DNA of 60,415 nt, counting the filler, from Globobulimina sp. (taxonomy: Eukaryota), in the NCBI GenBank assembly GCA_003354225.1. It is 15 parts of 15 records of this genome, joined end to end, with 100 filler letters (N's around TTAATTAATTAA, not from the genome) between each part and the next. Parts side by side here need not be neighbours in the genome. Positions count along the whole stretch, not along the records: positions 1 to 3,940 come from PIVH01001857.1; positions 4,041 to 7,979 come from PIVH01001858.1; positions 8,080 to 12,018 come from PIVH01001859.1; positions 12,119 to 16,056 come from PIVH01001860.1; 11 more parts are not named here. One strand, given 5' to 3'. A program made the position numbers and the translations under genes. Below, piece after piece: positions 1 to 12,398 of this stretch (positions are counted from its first letter, which is position 1; every line of letters starts with the position of its first letter). Below the pieces are notes generated by a model that worked only from the letters and a program-made list of their open reading frames with translations, had not been told where the DNA came from and did no database searches.

Positions 1-530
1 TCCAATCCACTCCCTTTGCGTTTGTGAGGTCGCGGAGGTTCAAAGTCGGCGGATTTGCTGAGAAATATAGGTGTCATTTCTGCTGCGTTTATATGTTGCG
101 GTTTATTTTTATATCGTCTTTGTTTGGGCGACTTGCCCGCAGTGTGAGCACGTTTACGTTGTGCCATTAGTCTTTGTGCCTTGTTACCATTATTATCGCA
201 TACGTATCCAGGTGGTGTGGTAGCTAATGGAGTGTATGATTGTGATAACAGATTATTTGCACCGTTGCTGGACGAAGATGCATGTCGTACTTGTTTTTTT
301 TTGAGCTGTTTTTTATAGAATTGTCTCTTTGTTTGTTGCAATAATTTATGCAACTCCTTTATTTGATTGACTTTTAAATATCTGGCATTTGATATATAAT
401 GGTCTAAAATTGGATTTACTCCACCGAGTATTTCAAATACTTTGCTGGATACTTTAGAAATTATCGTCTTCGGTAGTTTGGATTGGTATTGTTTTATCTC
501 GCCGAGCTTTTGAACTATATCGTTGCTCAT
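1..530 (-). CDS. Hypothetical protein, 3'-partial (not in the ORF track)
   Basis: ATG at 530 opens a frame MSNDIVQKLGEIKQYQSKLPK... with no stop before the window edge; divergent from the kinase at 607. Confidence 0.6.
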   Translation of the reverse strand, partial: MSNDIVQKLGEIKQYQSKLPKTIISKVSSKVFEILGGVNPILDHYISNARYLKVNQIKELHKLLQQTKRQFYKKQLKKKQVRHASSSSNGANNLLSQSYTPLATTPPGYVCDNNGNKAQRLMAQRKRAHTAGKSPKQRRYKNKPQHINAAEMTPIFLSKSADFEPPRPHKRKGSGL

Positions 531-606
531 TATTGTATTTAAAGATTTACTTTAAAAACTTTTTCTAGTATTTTACATGCCCCTCAAACAACGTCTTATT
601 TAAAAC

Positions 607-2020
607 ATGTTTTCAAACGAATGTCAATTAACACCATCATTCGATTCCGTATCATATTTAATCCAATCTGAAACTGCATATTTAAATGTACAACTCGCTG
701 AAACTGAAACCAGTCAAATAACAGCACCTAAACTAAAACGATCTGACTATTTTTTATCGAGTGATTTTGACGAAATATCAGACGATGATAAACAGCCACC
801 GATTACGCCTTTTGTCTCTCCAATCGATGATAGTATTATCTTTGAAACGAATGGCTATCATAAAGTGTATAAAATATGTGATACATTACAAGGTAAATTA
901 TACAAAGCCGCAAAAGTGGAGAATCCATCAAACTATGTCGTAATTAAAAAAACAAATAAATTCTTATTTGGAAAAAAAATTGCTACAGAAGATGGATATA
1001 ATTTTTGTGTCTCCGAAAACATCTTAAAAGAAGCCTTGATTTTACAATATTTGACTGTGGATAATCAATGCATTGGTGATTATATTGAGAAATATATTGA
1101 TTTTTTTGAATCGGAGACTAATTATTATTTGGTGATGGAATATATTGAAAATGAAATAAATTTAAAACAATTCATTTCAAAATCACAGCAATATATAAAA
1201 TGTGGTAAGTTATCGTTAAAGCACTATAAGAAAATGATAAAATATTTATTATGGCAGTTATGTGTAACTGTGCAGTGGCTACATATCTCAATGCATTGTT
1301 AAGTAGTACATTATTAAAATTAACGTAAACATTAAACTGTTTTTCGTTTCTCCGTTTTTTTGTGCCGTATACAGGTTGTCATTTGGACCTCTGTGCAGAA
1401 AATATTATGATTAAAAATGCCAATTTTATGCAAGGTCGCGCTGGTTATTTCGAGATTGATCCAAATATATCAATAAAATTATGCGACTTTGGAGTCGCCG
1501 AGGTATTCAATGAAGGATTTTTATGCGAAAAACAAGGTTTGTCGATAATAAATGAAGGCTACTTTGCACCAAAAGTATTTCACGGCGATATTTATGATGC
1601 TCGCTCTGCGGATAATTGGTTACTATATCTCTCTGTGTCTTTTTTTATATATATTACATTGTATCAATACACAGGTGTTTAGGAATGATATTATTCGAAG
1701 CTATTACCATTGGGCAACAATTATATTCGCCATTAAATATGTATATGAATAGCATAAAAAGTGGTTATTTTGCGTTGCGTTGCCATAAATTGCGAGAGTA
1801 TTTAGGTTTGCATAATAATTTAAAATATTTTACAAAAGATTCATTTGCTTTGTTAAATAATTTATTGAATATTGATGAGAATAAGAGATTAAATGGTTTT
1901 GGTATTTTACAAAATAAATGGTTTGCAATGTACTATCAAAGATATCAAAGACAAATATTAAAGAAATTTAAGCATAAACATTTTGAAATTCACTATAAAC
2001 ATTTTCCGTTTTATCATTAA
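607..2020 (+). CDS. Ser/Thr protein kinase (non-RD), 3 exons
   Basis: Motifs VIKK, HLDLCAEN, DFG, YFAPK, DNWCLG. GT-AG introns at 1298-1374 and 1619-1674 join three ORFs in frame. Confidence 0.9.
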
Positions 2021-2668
2021 AATATGGTGTTTGATCCCTGCAAAATGAGTATAGTATAACAATATTTTAGTCAGGTTTGTGTGTAACAATATGACGGTAT
2101 TTGTTAGTATTTGCTTTAATCGGATTGGATACCAATGATAAAATAATTTAAATATTAAATTAATGACAAAGAAACATTATTTGTGTAAAACATTATTTGT
2201 GTGTTACAATTAATTGTGTCCAACTTTTGTTGGTTTTTTTCGTGTGTTCTATTTTTTCCCCTCTTTATATGTGATAATTTACAATTTTTTAATTTTTTTC
2301 TGTTTTTGTGTTGATTTATATCGATATTTGTGTGTCGATCTAAAATATATATTTAGAATGATGTGAGTTCTACAAATGAATTGCATTCATGCACATACAA
2401 TAGTTTTATTTGTTGTTTTTATGTGTGTATTTGTGCATTTCTGCATTTTGTTTACTCACTGTTTTTGTTAACATTTATTACCCTCTCTAAGCGACTAAAT
2501 TGCATTTTATTTATTAATATACAATTTTATGCATTTCTTAAAATTTTGAATCGATTTCTGAAAAGGATTGTAATTTCCTTCGGAGTTAAAGCCATTCATA
2601 GCAAACAAACAAATTTTTTTGATGTTGATTATTACTTCAAAAAACCTTCTACTATTACTTCATAGCAA

Positions 2669-3940
2669 ATGTATTCTAACACTACCCCATTAACATTAAC
2701 ATTGACATTACGCCATTCAATTCCATCATTGACACAATCTGAAACTACTGAAGCAGATGATATCTCTTTGGATTTTACATGTGAAAAGACCGAAGAATCT
2801 GAAGATATCAGTCCATCGAAACTGACCACTAAAGCGTCAGCAAACTCTGGATATTATCTGGTTGCCGATGAAAATATTGTTCTCAGAAACAACGGATACA
2901 AAAAAGTTAAAAAAATACGCAATACATTGCAAGGCGAATTATTTAAAGCAATTAAAATGGATAAATTGAAAAGTGAAACAAATTTCGTTGCCATTAAAAA
3001 AACATCAAAATATTTATTTAATCAACAAATTGCAATTGAAGACGATATAAATTTTTGTGTCTCTGAAAATATCGTGAAAGAAGCATTAATTTTAAAGTAT
3101 CTGACTGTGGATAATCAATGTATCGGTGATTATATTGTCAAATATATTGATTTCTTTGAATCGGTGAATAATTATTATTTGGTGATGGAATATATTGAGT
3201 CTGAAATGAATTTAAAACAATTTGTATCAAAGTCATGTGAATATATTAGAAATGGCAAATTAAACATTAAAGAATATCAGAAAATGATAAAATATGTGTT
3301 ATGGCAGTTATTTGTAACAGTCCAATGGTTACATATCTCAATGCATTGTTAAGTATTGTTTTAATTCGCTGTGTTCTGTGTTTTGTAGCATGTCTAAAAT
3401 ACACAGGTTGCCATTTAGATATTTGTAGTGAAAATATTATGTTAGTCGATGCACAATTTATTCATACAAAGAGTGGAATACGTATTAATCCCAAAATATC
3501 CGTAAAATTATGCGATTACGGTGTTTCTGAAATTTTTACAAACACCAAAAATAATTCCGATATGTTTTTATGTGAGAAACAAGGTTTATCCATCCATAAC
3601 GAAGGATATTTTGCACCAAAAGTATTTAACGGCGATATTTACGATGCAGAATGTGCAGATAATTGGAATTTGGGTATGGTGCTTTATCAATGTATCACAA
3701 TTGGCCAGCGGTTGTATTTGCCATTAGATATATATGAGTACAAAAGTGGATATTGGGCATTGTACCATGGCAAATTGAATGAATATTTAGGAATACATAA
3801 TATGTTAAAATATTTCAATTCGCATTCATTTGGCCTAGTAAATGGTTTATTAAATATTTATGAAAGAAAGCGGTTAAATGGTTTGAATATTTTGGCGCAT
3901 AAATGGTTTAAAATATATTTCAGCAAATATAAAAAACAAA
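2669..3940 (+). CDS. Ser/Thr protein kinase, tandem paralog of 607-2020, 3'-partial
   Basis: Motifs AIKK, HLDICSEN, DYG, YFAPK. Intron 3348-3406 sits at the same position as intron 1 of the paralog. Long near-identical stretches (YLTVDNQCIGDYI). Confidence 0.9.
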
Positions 3941-4040
3941 NNNNNNNNNNNNNNNNNNNNNNNNNNNNNNNNNNNNNNNNNNNNTTAATTAATTAANNNN
4001 NNNNNNNNNNNNNNNNNNNNNNNNNNNNNNNNNNNNNNNN
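3941..4040. other. Artificial contig spacer N44-TTAATTAATTAA-N44 (first of 14)
   Basis: Identical 100-nt spacers at 3941, 7980, 12019, 16057, 20092, 24126, 28160, 32194, 36227, 40260, 44293, 48325, 52357 and 56387. The core gives stops in all six frames. Contig lengths fall from 3940 to 3929. Confidence 0.99.
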
Positions 4041-4182
4041 ATTTTGCAAAGATTGTAAGTCCATTTTAAGCATATATGTGTATATTTAATTTAATTGAGC
4101 TTTCTTATTTTAAATACTTTGTTTTTTCGACACAAAGCTCAAGCATATGGTTTTATGGGTTCCTGTAAAGTAAGAAAATAAA

Positions 4183-5673
4183 ATGCTAAAAATTGTGCAT
4201 CAAAAAGCCGTAAAAATCCTAAAACGTTTCAAAGCTCTCACAATACGAACTATACAGTCAAAGATGAGCATGATGGGAATGGAAGATGTGGTGTATGATA
4301 TGGATCAATACATTAACTTGAACGAAGAAGCATTATATGATACAATGCAAATGATACAATCAAGGAAAGTTTTATTAGACACTTTTAATCCAAATCCAAG
4401 ATTATGGAGTAAAAAATTCGCAACAACAGTTAAAATGGCACAAAATAGACATAAAAGAGGTGGATTAGCATCAACTTTTCATGGATTACGAATACTAATC
4501 CAACGGCAAACATTATATGCAATTGAAAATGGTGGATATTCGTTGCAAACAGTTGATGGAGAAAAAAAGATTGTAATTGACAGAAACGATATTATTAATT
4601 CTGCCAAACACACAAAATATTATTCATCACAGGATATAACAAATATATGTTCCATTGCAAATAATGAGAACAAAGAAGAGAAGCAAGAAAGTGATGCATT
4701 TCAAACGGAAATTGATGTGTTGAATACAGATTGTTTGGATGCAGCATATTCACTGTTATCGCATGGATACAATCCGTGTCTATTAAATATGGCAAATGCG
4801 CAGACTCCGGGCGGTGGCTTCCAATCAGGAATGGGGGCTCAAGAAGAGAACTTATGCAGAAGAAGTACATTGATTGCGGCATTAGTCAATTATATGAAAA
4901 CGAGAGATAACAAATTAGATCCGGATAGAAAATGGAGTTATCCACTACAGACATATGGTACTGTTTATGTACCAAATTGCATTGTATTTCGAAGTAATGA
5001 ACATTTGGGCTATGCTTTGTTAGCAAAACCATATAAAATATCCATGGTAACCGCTGCTATGTTCACTCGACCAAAATATGATTATAATTTTGAATATGCG
5101 CACAATATAAAACAAGAGATCTCGGAGAAATTGAAAAGTGTTTTACGCACAGCCTATGATAATGGCCATGATTGCGTGGTATTATCGGCGTGGGGCTGCG
5201 GTGCGTTTAAGAACCCTCCTTTGGGACAGTCAAAGTTATGGAAACAAATTGTTTTTGATGATAAAGAGTTTCATGGTAAATTTAAAAAGATTATATTTGC
5301 AATATTTGATGATCATAATGCTGGCAAACAACATAATCCGTTTGGCAATTTTTTACCATTCATTCAAACGTTTGATATCACACAAAAAAGAATAAAGGAA
5401 TTTGTTAATCAAATAAACAATGATCTTAATGAGAATAAGGTTGATGTATTTAAAGTGGTGTCAGAGATTTTTATTAAAATATCAGATGTTGGCACAGATT
5501 TAGATTATAATGTAATAAGTAATAAATTGGGTAATGATGAATGTGCAATGAGCATATTATATTGTGCTGGATTTAAAAGGTCCTCTGATGGCTCAAGGTT
5601 GCAATTAGAAAGGCAACGCATTCATATTGCACAAAATGTATACCAACAATTGTTGGATTCTCAAAAAAAATAA
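4183..5673 (+). CDS. Bacterial-type poly(ADP-ribose) glycohydrolase (TIGR02452/DUF2263 macrodomain) with a C-terminal PUB-like domain
   Basis: LNMANAQTPGGGFQSGMGAQEENLCRRS (GGG-x6-QEE signature) and LSAWGCGAFKNP. C-terminal AMSILYCAGF resembles a PUB domain. True start may be 4263. Confidence 0.88.
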   Translation: MLKIVHQKAVKILKRFKALTIRTIQSKMSMMGMEDVVYDMDQYINLNEEALYDTMQMIQSRKVLLDTFNPNPRLWSKKFATTVKMAQNRHKRGGLASTFHGLRILIQRQTLYAIENGGYSLQTVDGEKKIVIDRNDIINSAKHTKYYSSQDITNICSIANNENKEEKQESDAFQTEIDVLNTDCLDAAYSLLSHGYNPCLLNMANAQTPGGGFQSGMGAQEENLCRRSTLIAALVNYMKTRDNKLDPDRKWSYPLQTYGTVYVPNCIVFRSNEHLGYALLAKPYKISMVTAAMFTRPKYDYNFEYAHNIKQEISEKLKSVLRTAYDNGHDCVVLSAWGCGAFKNPPLGQSKLWKQIVFDDKEFHGKFKKIIFAIFDDHNAGKQHNPFGNFLPFIQTFDITQKRIKEFVNQINNDLNENKVDVFKVVSEIFIKISDVGTDLDYNVISNKLGNDECAMSILYCAGFKRSSDGSRLQLERQRIHIAQNVYQQLLDSQKK

Positions 5674-5876
5674 ACTGTTTTATTTGTTCTTTTTTTGTGG
5701 ACTTTTCTGTGCATGTTTTACGGAGATTTTACGGAGATTTTACTTGAAAGTTTCTTGAAAGTGTTTCTGAGATTTTATAGCAAGATGATATATTGTGCTA
5801 TAAATTTGTTGTTAATTTAGAATCCAAGAGTTTTTGTCAAAGCAAAATCCAGATCCTTGCACTGGAGTTCCTGTCA

Positions 5877-6467
5877 TTATGTTGAATTTGATTTGTTTGC
5901 CCCATTAACCCAGAAATGCACAGCAGCGGAAGGAGCAATTGTTGATAGAATATATCTAAAATGAATATTGGGTATCGATGACTTGAATGCATAAAAATTT
6001 GCCAATAAAAATACCATTACAAATACTGCATTCACATAAAACAATGTCCACCATTTTGATTGAGCTGTAAATATTTTCATTTGTTTTTCTCCACTCTTTG
6101 ATTGCGAGGATGTTTTCAAAAAATGAAGATAATCGACATGGATTGTAGTATATGCTGATAATAAGCCAGTTGATGCGCAGCCGATTGTTATTATATAAAT
6201 AATGCATTCAATACCAATCCATCCATCTGGCTGATAATCATAGACTTTCCAATATAAAACTAAATGAATGGAATTGTTTTATTATTACAAAAAAATTTCA
6301 TTATTGCACATCATACACATACATGACGGAATGAGTGACATTAAGATCGCCGGAACAATAAATAATAAAATATTTTCGTTTGTCCATTTTTCTCCCTTTT
6401 TGTGCAAGTAATCGTCCAATCGTGACGATGATGTATTTTTTTTGCTCTTTCTGTTTGATGACGACAT
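5877..6467 (-). CDS. SSR3: Translocon-associated protein gamma (TRAP-gamma), 2 exons
   Basis: Intron 6260-6322 gives ...SLIPSFLYWKVY...LLSAY...WTLFYVNAVFV...RYILSTIAPS, a four-TM pattern matching TRAP-gamma. Confidence 0.75.
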
Positions 6468-6519
6468 GATAGATCTGAAAAACTTTTGAGTTTGAGCGCG
6501 AACAAGCAAATCACAAATG

Positions 6520-7596
6520 CTATAAAGGTTTTGTGTCAACAGCAATCCCATGAATCGTTGATTGTGGCATTGCACACATAATCATTCTGCCATTTGGATT
6601 TGCAATACCATTATTATATTGACTGCCTGACGGACATTCTGAATTTCTATAATCGAATTCCACTCTATAGCTTCCTCCGATAATCACAGCGGATTTGCCT
6701 TTATTTATCCATGCTGTGTTCAATTTCAATTCATCGTCTTGTCGATAAGGAACCCATTTCAAACCACTCGCATCACACAACCAATACCACAATTTACCAT
6801 TTAATGCAGTGCCATTATCATGTTGTGTGGCTGCAGATTCTTGATTTATTATTTGAGCCACTGTTGAGACATATTTATTTTTCGTATTTTGAGCAACAGA
6901 TGTTTTTATATTTTGTATTCCCACACCACTCAATTCATGCAATTCTTTATCAAGCTTCGCCGCCCATAAATTGCATTGTTTTTTAACTTTACTGTATGGG
7001 CCACATTTTAATCCAAACTGCAAACAGACATTTCGCATTATCTTTAGTCCAAAGCCGACCTTATTTTTTGATTGTTTATTCTCATTAAATGCAGCTACAA
7101 ATGTGGTGGAATCATAGTTGGTATCTCTGAAATATCCGCGTAGGAAATCCGCAAATTGCCAAACTTTTTGATATGCTGCGGCTTTTTTGTGCTCGACTTG
7201 TGTGGAAATTGATAGTAAATGAGATATAAATGATAACATAATATGACGTCCATTCCATTCAGAAATATGTGTCAATGATTTTAATTGTTGCGTTTCGCGA
7301 TAAAACTGAGCCATCACTGCTTTTATACGGATACGAAGATAGGATTTGTATTTCAAAGCAGTAAAATTCGAATCTTGTATTAATTCGTCAATTATTGCTT
7401 TGCGCTTTGGTTTATTTTTTATGTTTTCAGATTGTAAATATTCGCATTGCTTTAATAAATCCAGATGTTTCCATCCGCGTAATTTTATTGCTAGGTTTGC
7501 CCGATACAGAGCAAATAACAATGTTAGTGGCGTGGCCATTGTTTCTTTTATTTGTGTATCAATTCCCAGATCTGATGGTTTTGATTTGTTATCCAT
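6520..7596 (-). CDS. WWE domain-containing protein
   Basis: C-terminal LWYWLCDASGLKWVPYRQDDELKLNTAW...GSYRVEFD...QYN fits the WWE pattern; the third signature Glu appears as Asn. Confidence 0.72.
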   Translation of the reverse strand: MDNKSKPSDLGIDTQIKETMATPLTLLFALYRANLAIKLRGWKHLDLLKQCEYLQSENIKNKPKRKAIIDELIQDSNFTALKYKSYLRIRIKAVMAQFYRETQQLKSLTHISEWNGRHIMLSFISHLLSISTQVEHKKAAAYQKVWQFADFLRGYFRDTNYDSTTFVAAFNENKQSKNKVGFGLKIMRNVCLQFGLKCGPYSKVKKQCNLWAAKLDKELHELSGVGIQNIKTSVAQNTKNKYVSTVAQIINQESAATQHDNGTALNGKLWYWLCDASGLKWVPYRQDDELKLNTAWINKGKSAVIIGGSYRVEFDYRNSECPSGSQYNNGIANPNGRMIMCAMPQSTIHGIAVDTKPL

Positions 7597-8115
7597 TGTA
7601 TTAATCTGCTTTGTGTGTTGACTGTGTTCTGTGAATTAAAAACAAATAACGCAACAGAACTTGAAAAATTAGACTTGAGTGTTTTGACACTGTTTTCACA
7701 TCAACGGCCATGTCAAACTAATTTGTTGTCAAAGATGAACAACCATAATCAAAATAGAGTTTATAATCAAAATGATAACGATGATCTCTTGTATGGTGGC
7801 TTCAATTACCATGACAGTGAATTTGATATAAGAAACATCACAAACAATTAAAGCCAAAGCATAAACACTTACATATCTGGTTACCAACCAAAAAATTACT
7901 GAATGAATTCGATGATACTGTCGATGATAAAAAAATAAGTGATGAATGTCTACACAAACTAATAAATACAATGCATGGANNNNNNNNNNNNNNNNNNNNN
8001 NNNNNNNNNNNNNNNNNNNNNNNTTAATTAATTAANNNNNNNNNNNNNNNNNNNNNNNNNNNNNNNNNNNNNNNNNNNNATTAGTTGCATGTAAGATCTT
8101 TCTGACTCTTAATGA

Positions 8116-9183
8116 TTAATCTGCCAAATCTGAAATGGAGTCATCCTCTTCCTCCTCCTCACCATCCTCACCCTCATCATCCTCAACCTCAACCTGTTTA
8201 TGAACAAGTACTCCATTGTCATTGTCATCATTATCCATATTATCCACAACATCAAATGATATTCTTTGTTGCTGCATAGCTGCATATTTCTTCAATTCCA
8301 CACAAAATCTATTCTCCCCCAAACCATCCTCATTACTCTCCATTATCCTCAATATATGGCTATTATTTATACCGCCGATGTCATAGCCTAAGAGTTTAAA
8401 ACCAAACACCACCTTCGACCGATTAATCAGACCAATATGGTCCACATCAAGCTGTCTGAACACATTCTTAATCTCTACATCATCCGGCATGGCATTGCCA
8501 AATATCGGAGATTGATCCTCTGCATTTCCACGATCTATCAAACGGACAAATATTTGTGGTGTTGGCGTATCGCCACTCACTGATATCCATTCCTTATCCT
8601 TTGGTATAAATTCATCATTTAATTGCGGTGCTGCATAATAGATAGATCCGCCATCAATGTCAGACAAAATCCAACATCGTCGGACCTGGCGATTCCATTC
8701 AAAGGCAATGTTTTCATATTTTAATACATCATACACTTTATTCACATTTACGTTGTTTGCTAAACAGAAATGTTCATCTTTTTTATGCGTGAAAAAGCAC
8801 CATTTGGAGTCGTGTAAAAACCATCGATAGCCGCCATTGAGCGGGGTATAGCCACAGGATGCGATCGTTAACATTCCCTCAGAAATTGGAATGCCTTTTA
8901 CTTGCGTTGGTTCTATATATCTTCGAGGGATCTCGTCTGGTAATCTACTTTGTACTTTCTCTTCTTTTAATATTGGTGGCGGCGCTTTTTCTTCCTTTTC
9001 TTCATTAATTGGCCATGGTTGTATTTGTGGTGGTGATGGGGATGGGGATGGTGATGGTGGTTGGTTTATATCTGATTTATTGAATTGTTTTTGTATAAAA
9101 CGATATGTAATGTATGCTATTAACACCAGTAATGCGATTTGTTTTGCTCTAGTATAGAAATTTAATGTGGATTGAGCTGCCAT
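8116..9183 (-). CDS. Membrane-anchored protein with an EF-hand-like motif and acidic tail
   Basis: N-terminal TM (IALLVLIAYITY), Pro-rich linker, VFRQLDVDHIGLINRSKV EF-hand-like loop, E/D tail. Confidence 0.6.
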   Translation of the reverse strand: MAAQSTLNFYTRAKQIALLVLIAYITYRFIQKQFNKSDINQPPSPSPSPSPPQIQPWPINEEKEEKAPPPILKEEKVQSRLPDEIPRRYIEPTQVKGIPISEGMLTIASCGYTPLNGGYRWFLHDSKWCFFTHKKDEHFCLANNVNVNKVYDVLKYENIAFEWNRQVRRCWILSDIDGGSIYYAAPQLNDEFIPKDKEWISVSGDTPTPQIFVRLIDRGNAEDQSPIFGNAMPDDVEIKNVFRQLDVDHIGLINRSKVVFGFKLLGYDIGGINNSHILRIMESNEDGLGENRFCVELKKYAAMQQQRISFDVVDNMDNDDNDNGVLVHKQVEVEDDEGEDGEEEEEDDSISDLAD

Positions 9184-9612
9184 GTCTACAAAGTTGAAAG
9201 TTAAAATAAAAACATTCTTCAGTTTGTTTTGTGAGTGGAGGAAATCACTGAGCCATATTATAATAACTCAATGTGAATTTGATTCGAATTCAAAATGACC
9301 CAAACAGACTACAAAACTAATATAAATATAAAAAAAGAAAAGTCCATAAATAAAATTATTCAGAACGATCGAAAAAAGAAATCTAAAAAAACAAAATGAA
9401 TGTGATAAAAATACAATAAATACAATATAAAAATTGTAAGAAAAACAAGTCAACAAAAAAACAAAAGCATAAACGTGAAAGTAAGTACATCAAACTACAA
9501 AATTTTATAAGACAAAATAATTAATTTAAGCAATCATTAAAAATGCACAAAGAGAGAGAAAAAAATAGATCGATAAAACAAAAAAAATAAAACAAAATAG
9601 AATACCATTATT

Positions 9613-12018
9613 TCATTCAATATTTTTATTGATAATCATTTCGAAAATATCATCATCGTTTATATTAATTTGTTGTTCAAAGTCTCTAAATAGCAATTTC
9701 TGTAAAATTAAATCTTGTTTCATTTCAAACTTCTTATTATTTTTATTCAGATGACGATTATTATATATTTTGTTACATTTCAATTGCCAATTACTTAATG
9801 TTTCAATTTGCTGTGCCAACAAATTCATTTTGTGTGCATTGATAGTTCCATCTGGTTTATATTCGTGCGACTCTTCGATACAAATTACATTTTTTAATAC
9901 GATGCCTAAATGCGGAATAACCGGCCCTTTGGACGTCAAATGCAATTCTACCAATTTCGGCGAATTCCACTTAAACAAAGCCGAGATATTTTGTATAATC
10001 CTTATGTACTTTTTTTTAACTTTTTTCCATGATTTTGTCAATCTTTTGATTGGCGTCGATACCAACGCACTATGCACGGCACACAAAGCACTAAAATCTT
10101 GGTAATCGTGCAACGTCTTTGCAATTAATATCATATGCTTTATCATCTTCGCCCTCTGTTTGGGTGATTTGCCGTAATTAATGATAGTAATTTGGATCCA
10201 TCGACAGACGGAGTTAAATTGGCCGATCATTCGCAGCAAATTCTGCGCTTTCTCCCATTTGTCCTTCTTCTTCCAAGCCTGAGCCACCACCTCCCTCGCT
10301 CTGATCTGCCGAAATACGCAGTAATCCATCAAAACAATCTGCTTTCCAATGTCAAACGACTTATAATGTAATATCTTAAATTCGTCCGGAATTAAAATAT
10401 GATTCGTTCTCTCTTTCATCAAATGTGGCCATCGAGTCCTAATCTCCTCATTTACGTCTTGCAAGGATCGGGAAGCAATGCTCTCCGATTCTGACCGAGA
10501 CGAAATGGATATTTTATGGAATGGGTTGGCATTGCCATTGAAATTGGAAGCTTTCGAGAACAGTGCATTTGTGCTGCATAAGTTTTTCGGCTCTTTTAAT
10601 AGTTTCTGGATTGCATTTATTTTGCTTCTATCTATAATAAACTTATCCACATCGCTCTGAAACTCGAAAATCTCCTTTTGCAGCCTCGGTTTGTTCATAA
10701 AATCCTGCTCCCAATATTTGTGCATCCACGCATACAAAATCTGGCAAATTCCCAATTGAATCTTAAAGGCAATGTCAGACTCAGATGCATTGTCTGCCGA
10801 TCGCGAGGATTTAGTGTTCTTTTTTTTATTTTTCTTCATCTGTTTGTAAACGTAATCGTGGGGCACTCGAAACCTACGACGTAGCACTTTCATCAACAAT
10901 AACGAGGTTGTAAATGCTTGGTACGATAATAGCAATGCATTGGTCTGTAAATAGGAGTTCTTGTCTTCCAAAATGGAGGCGATTAAGTCGTCAATCACTA
11001 ACAATTTCTGTTTCTCCTCCAATGACAGACTACGTACTCGAGTCACTATGCCATCGCCATCACTCTCACTCAAAAAACTCGTCGGTGATAAGTACGTATC
11101 CGTATACTGTCCGCTTGGCGGCGATAACGCTCCCTATTTATCACAATATCCATGAAAAACGATCGTTTTTTGCAGAAAAACAAAGCAAAATTGTTGATAG
11201 AAGAGACCTTTTTCCTTTGTTGACCATTTTGTATTGCTTTGGTATCATTCAATTCGATGCTATTTCTGCGCTGATTTTGCTGTTGATATTGGTTTAACAT
11301 TTCCCGTTTAATTTGATCCACATTCAAATTGGATCCTTTCTTCTCTTCCTTTTCATGATCAATATAAGTGAATGAGTTATGTTTTTGATATCCATTTCGA
11401 TTCATTTTGCGATTCTTTTTCTTCTTTGCATACATATCCATGGCGCTCACTGTCTTACTTCTTTTTGATTTCGCTAAAAAGCCATATGGTGATATGGCGG
11501 ATGGCGTAAATATATTCTTCTCATTATTTGCCAATTTAAATGGTGAGCGGCTGTTGGTGGCATCAAAAAAATCGTCGCCGCCACCTACTCCTTCACAGTT
11601 GACTGCAGCTGGAATCACGTCAATTTTATACGACTTCGATTTAGAGTTTGATTTAGATTTAGATTTTTCAACAATTTTCGCACCTTCAATACCGGCCGAA
11701 TGCTCATTTATTTCTGTAGATGAATCATAATAATCGTCTGACTCACCATCGCTAATTGATTTATTCTCGTCATTTGAAGTCGAATTCGAATTTGAATTTG
11801 AATGTAGCTTTGAAATGGACGTCGAACCTGAACCTGAACCCGAACCCGAACCTGTATTGCTTTTATCACTCGGCGAGGCCACCGAAGCAGAGATAAATTC
11901 CCGCACAGGTTTTGCCTCTCTGACTCTGACAGGTTTTTGTAGGAAGTGACGTTTATGTTTGCGTTGCGGTGAAGTCAATGTTGTCTCAGATTGCGAGTTT
12001 GGGTGTTTGTAATGTATT
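9613..12018 (-). CDS. RasGEF (REM + CDC25 domain), 2 exons, probably 5'-partial
   Basis: LLSYQAFTTS (REM); IGKQIVLMD, FNSVCRW, QDFSALCAVHSAL, IKRLTKSW, VIPHLG (CDC25). Intron 11134-11207 joins the two ORFs in frame (KK|GALSPP). Confidence 0.88.
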
Positions 12019-12398
12019 NNNNNNNNNNNNNNNNNNNNNNNNNNNNNNNNNNNNNNNNNNNNTTAATTAATTAANNNNNNNNNNNNNNNNNNNNNNNNNN
12101 NNNNNNNNNNNNNNNNNNGTGATAAAAAGTTGACAAAATTTAAAATAAAGAAAAAACATAAATTGATAAATACTTCAATGAAAAACAAGATTGGTAGCGA
12201 TTCAGAATTAGATTCGCCATTCGACAATGAGATCGAGTAAAATTCTTCAAACTTCTCACTATGTTTGAAACTACAAACATGTACAACAGCATTTGATTTA
12301 AATTAAGAAAAATTTTAACACAAAAAACAAAAATATTCCTTCGCTTTGTATGCAATCATATTGATTTTTTTTTAAAACTCAATGGGTTCAGCCCTTTC

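Noticed and set aside
607-2020. Alternative genetic code or frameshifted pseudogenes explaining broken ORFs
   Set aside because: Short GT-AG introns restore the frames under the standard code.
2172-5742. Short tandem duplications (AAACATTATTTGTGT x2 near 2172; TTTACGGAGATT x2 near 5717)
   Set aside because: Two-copy slippage repeats in AT-rich intergenic DNA with no spacer structure.
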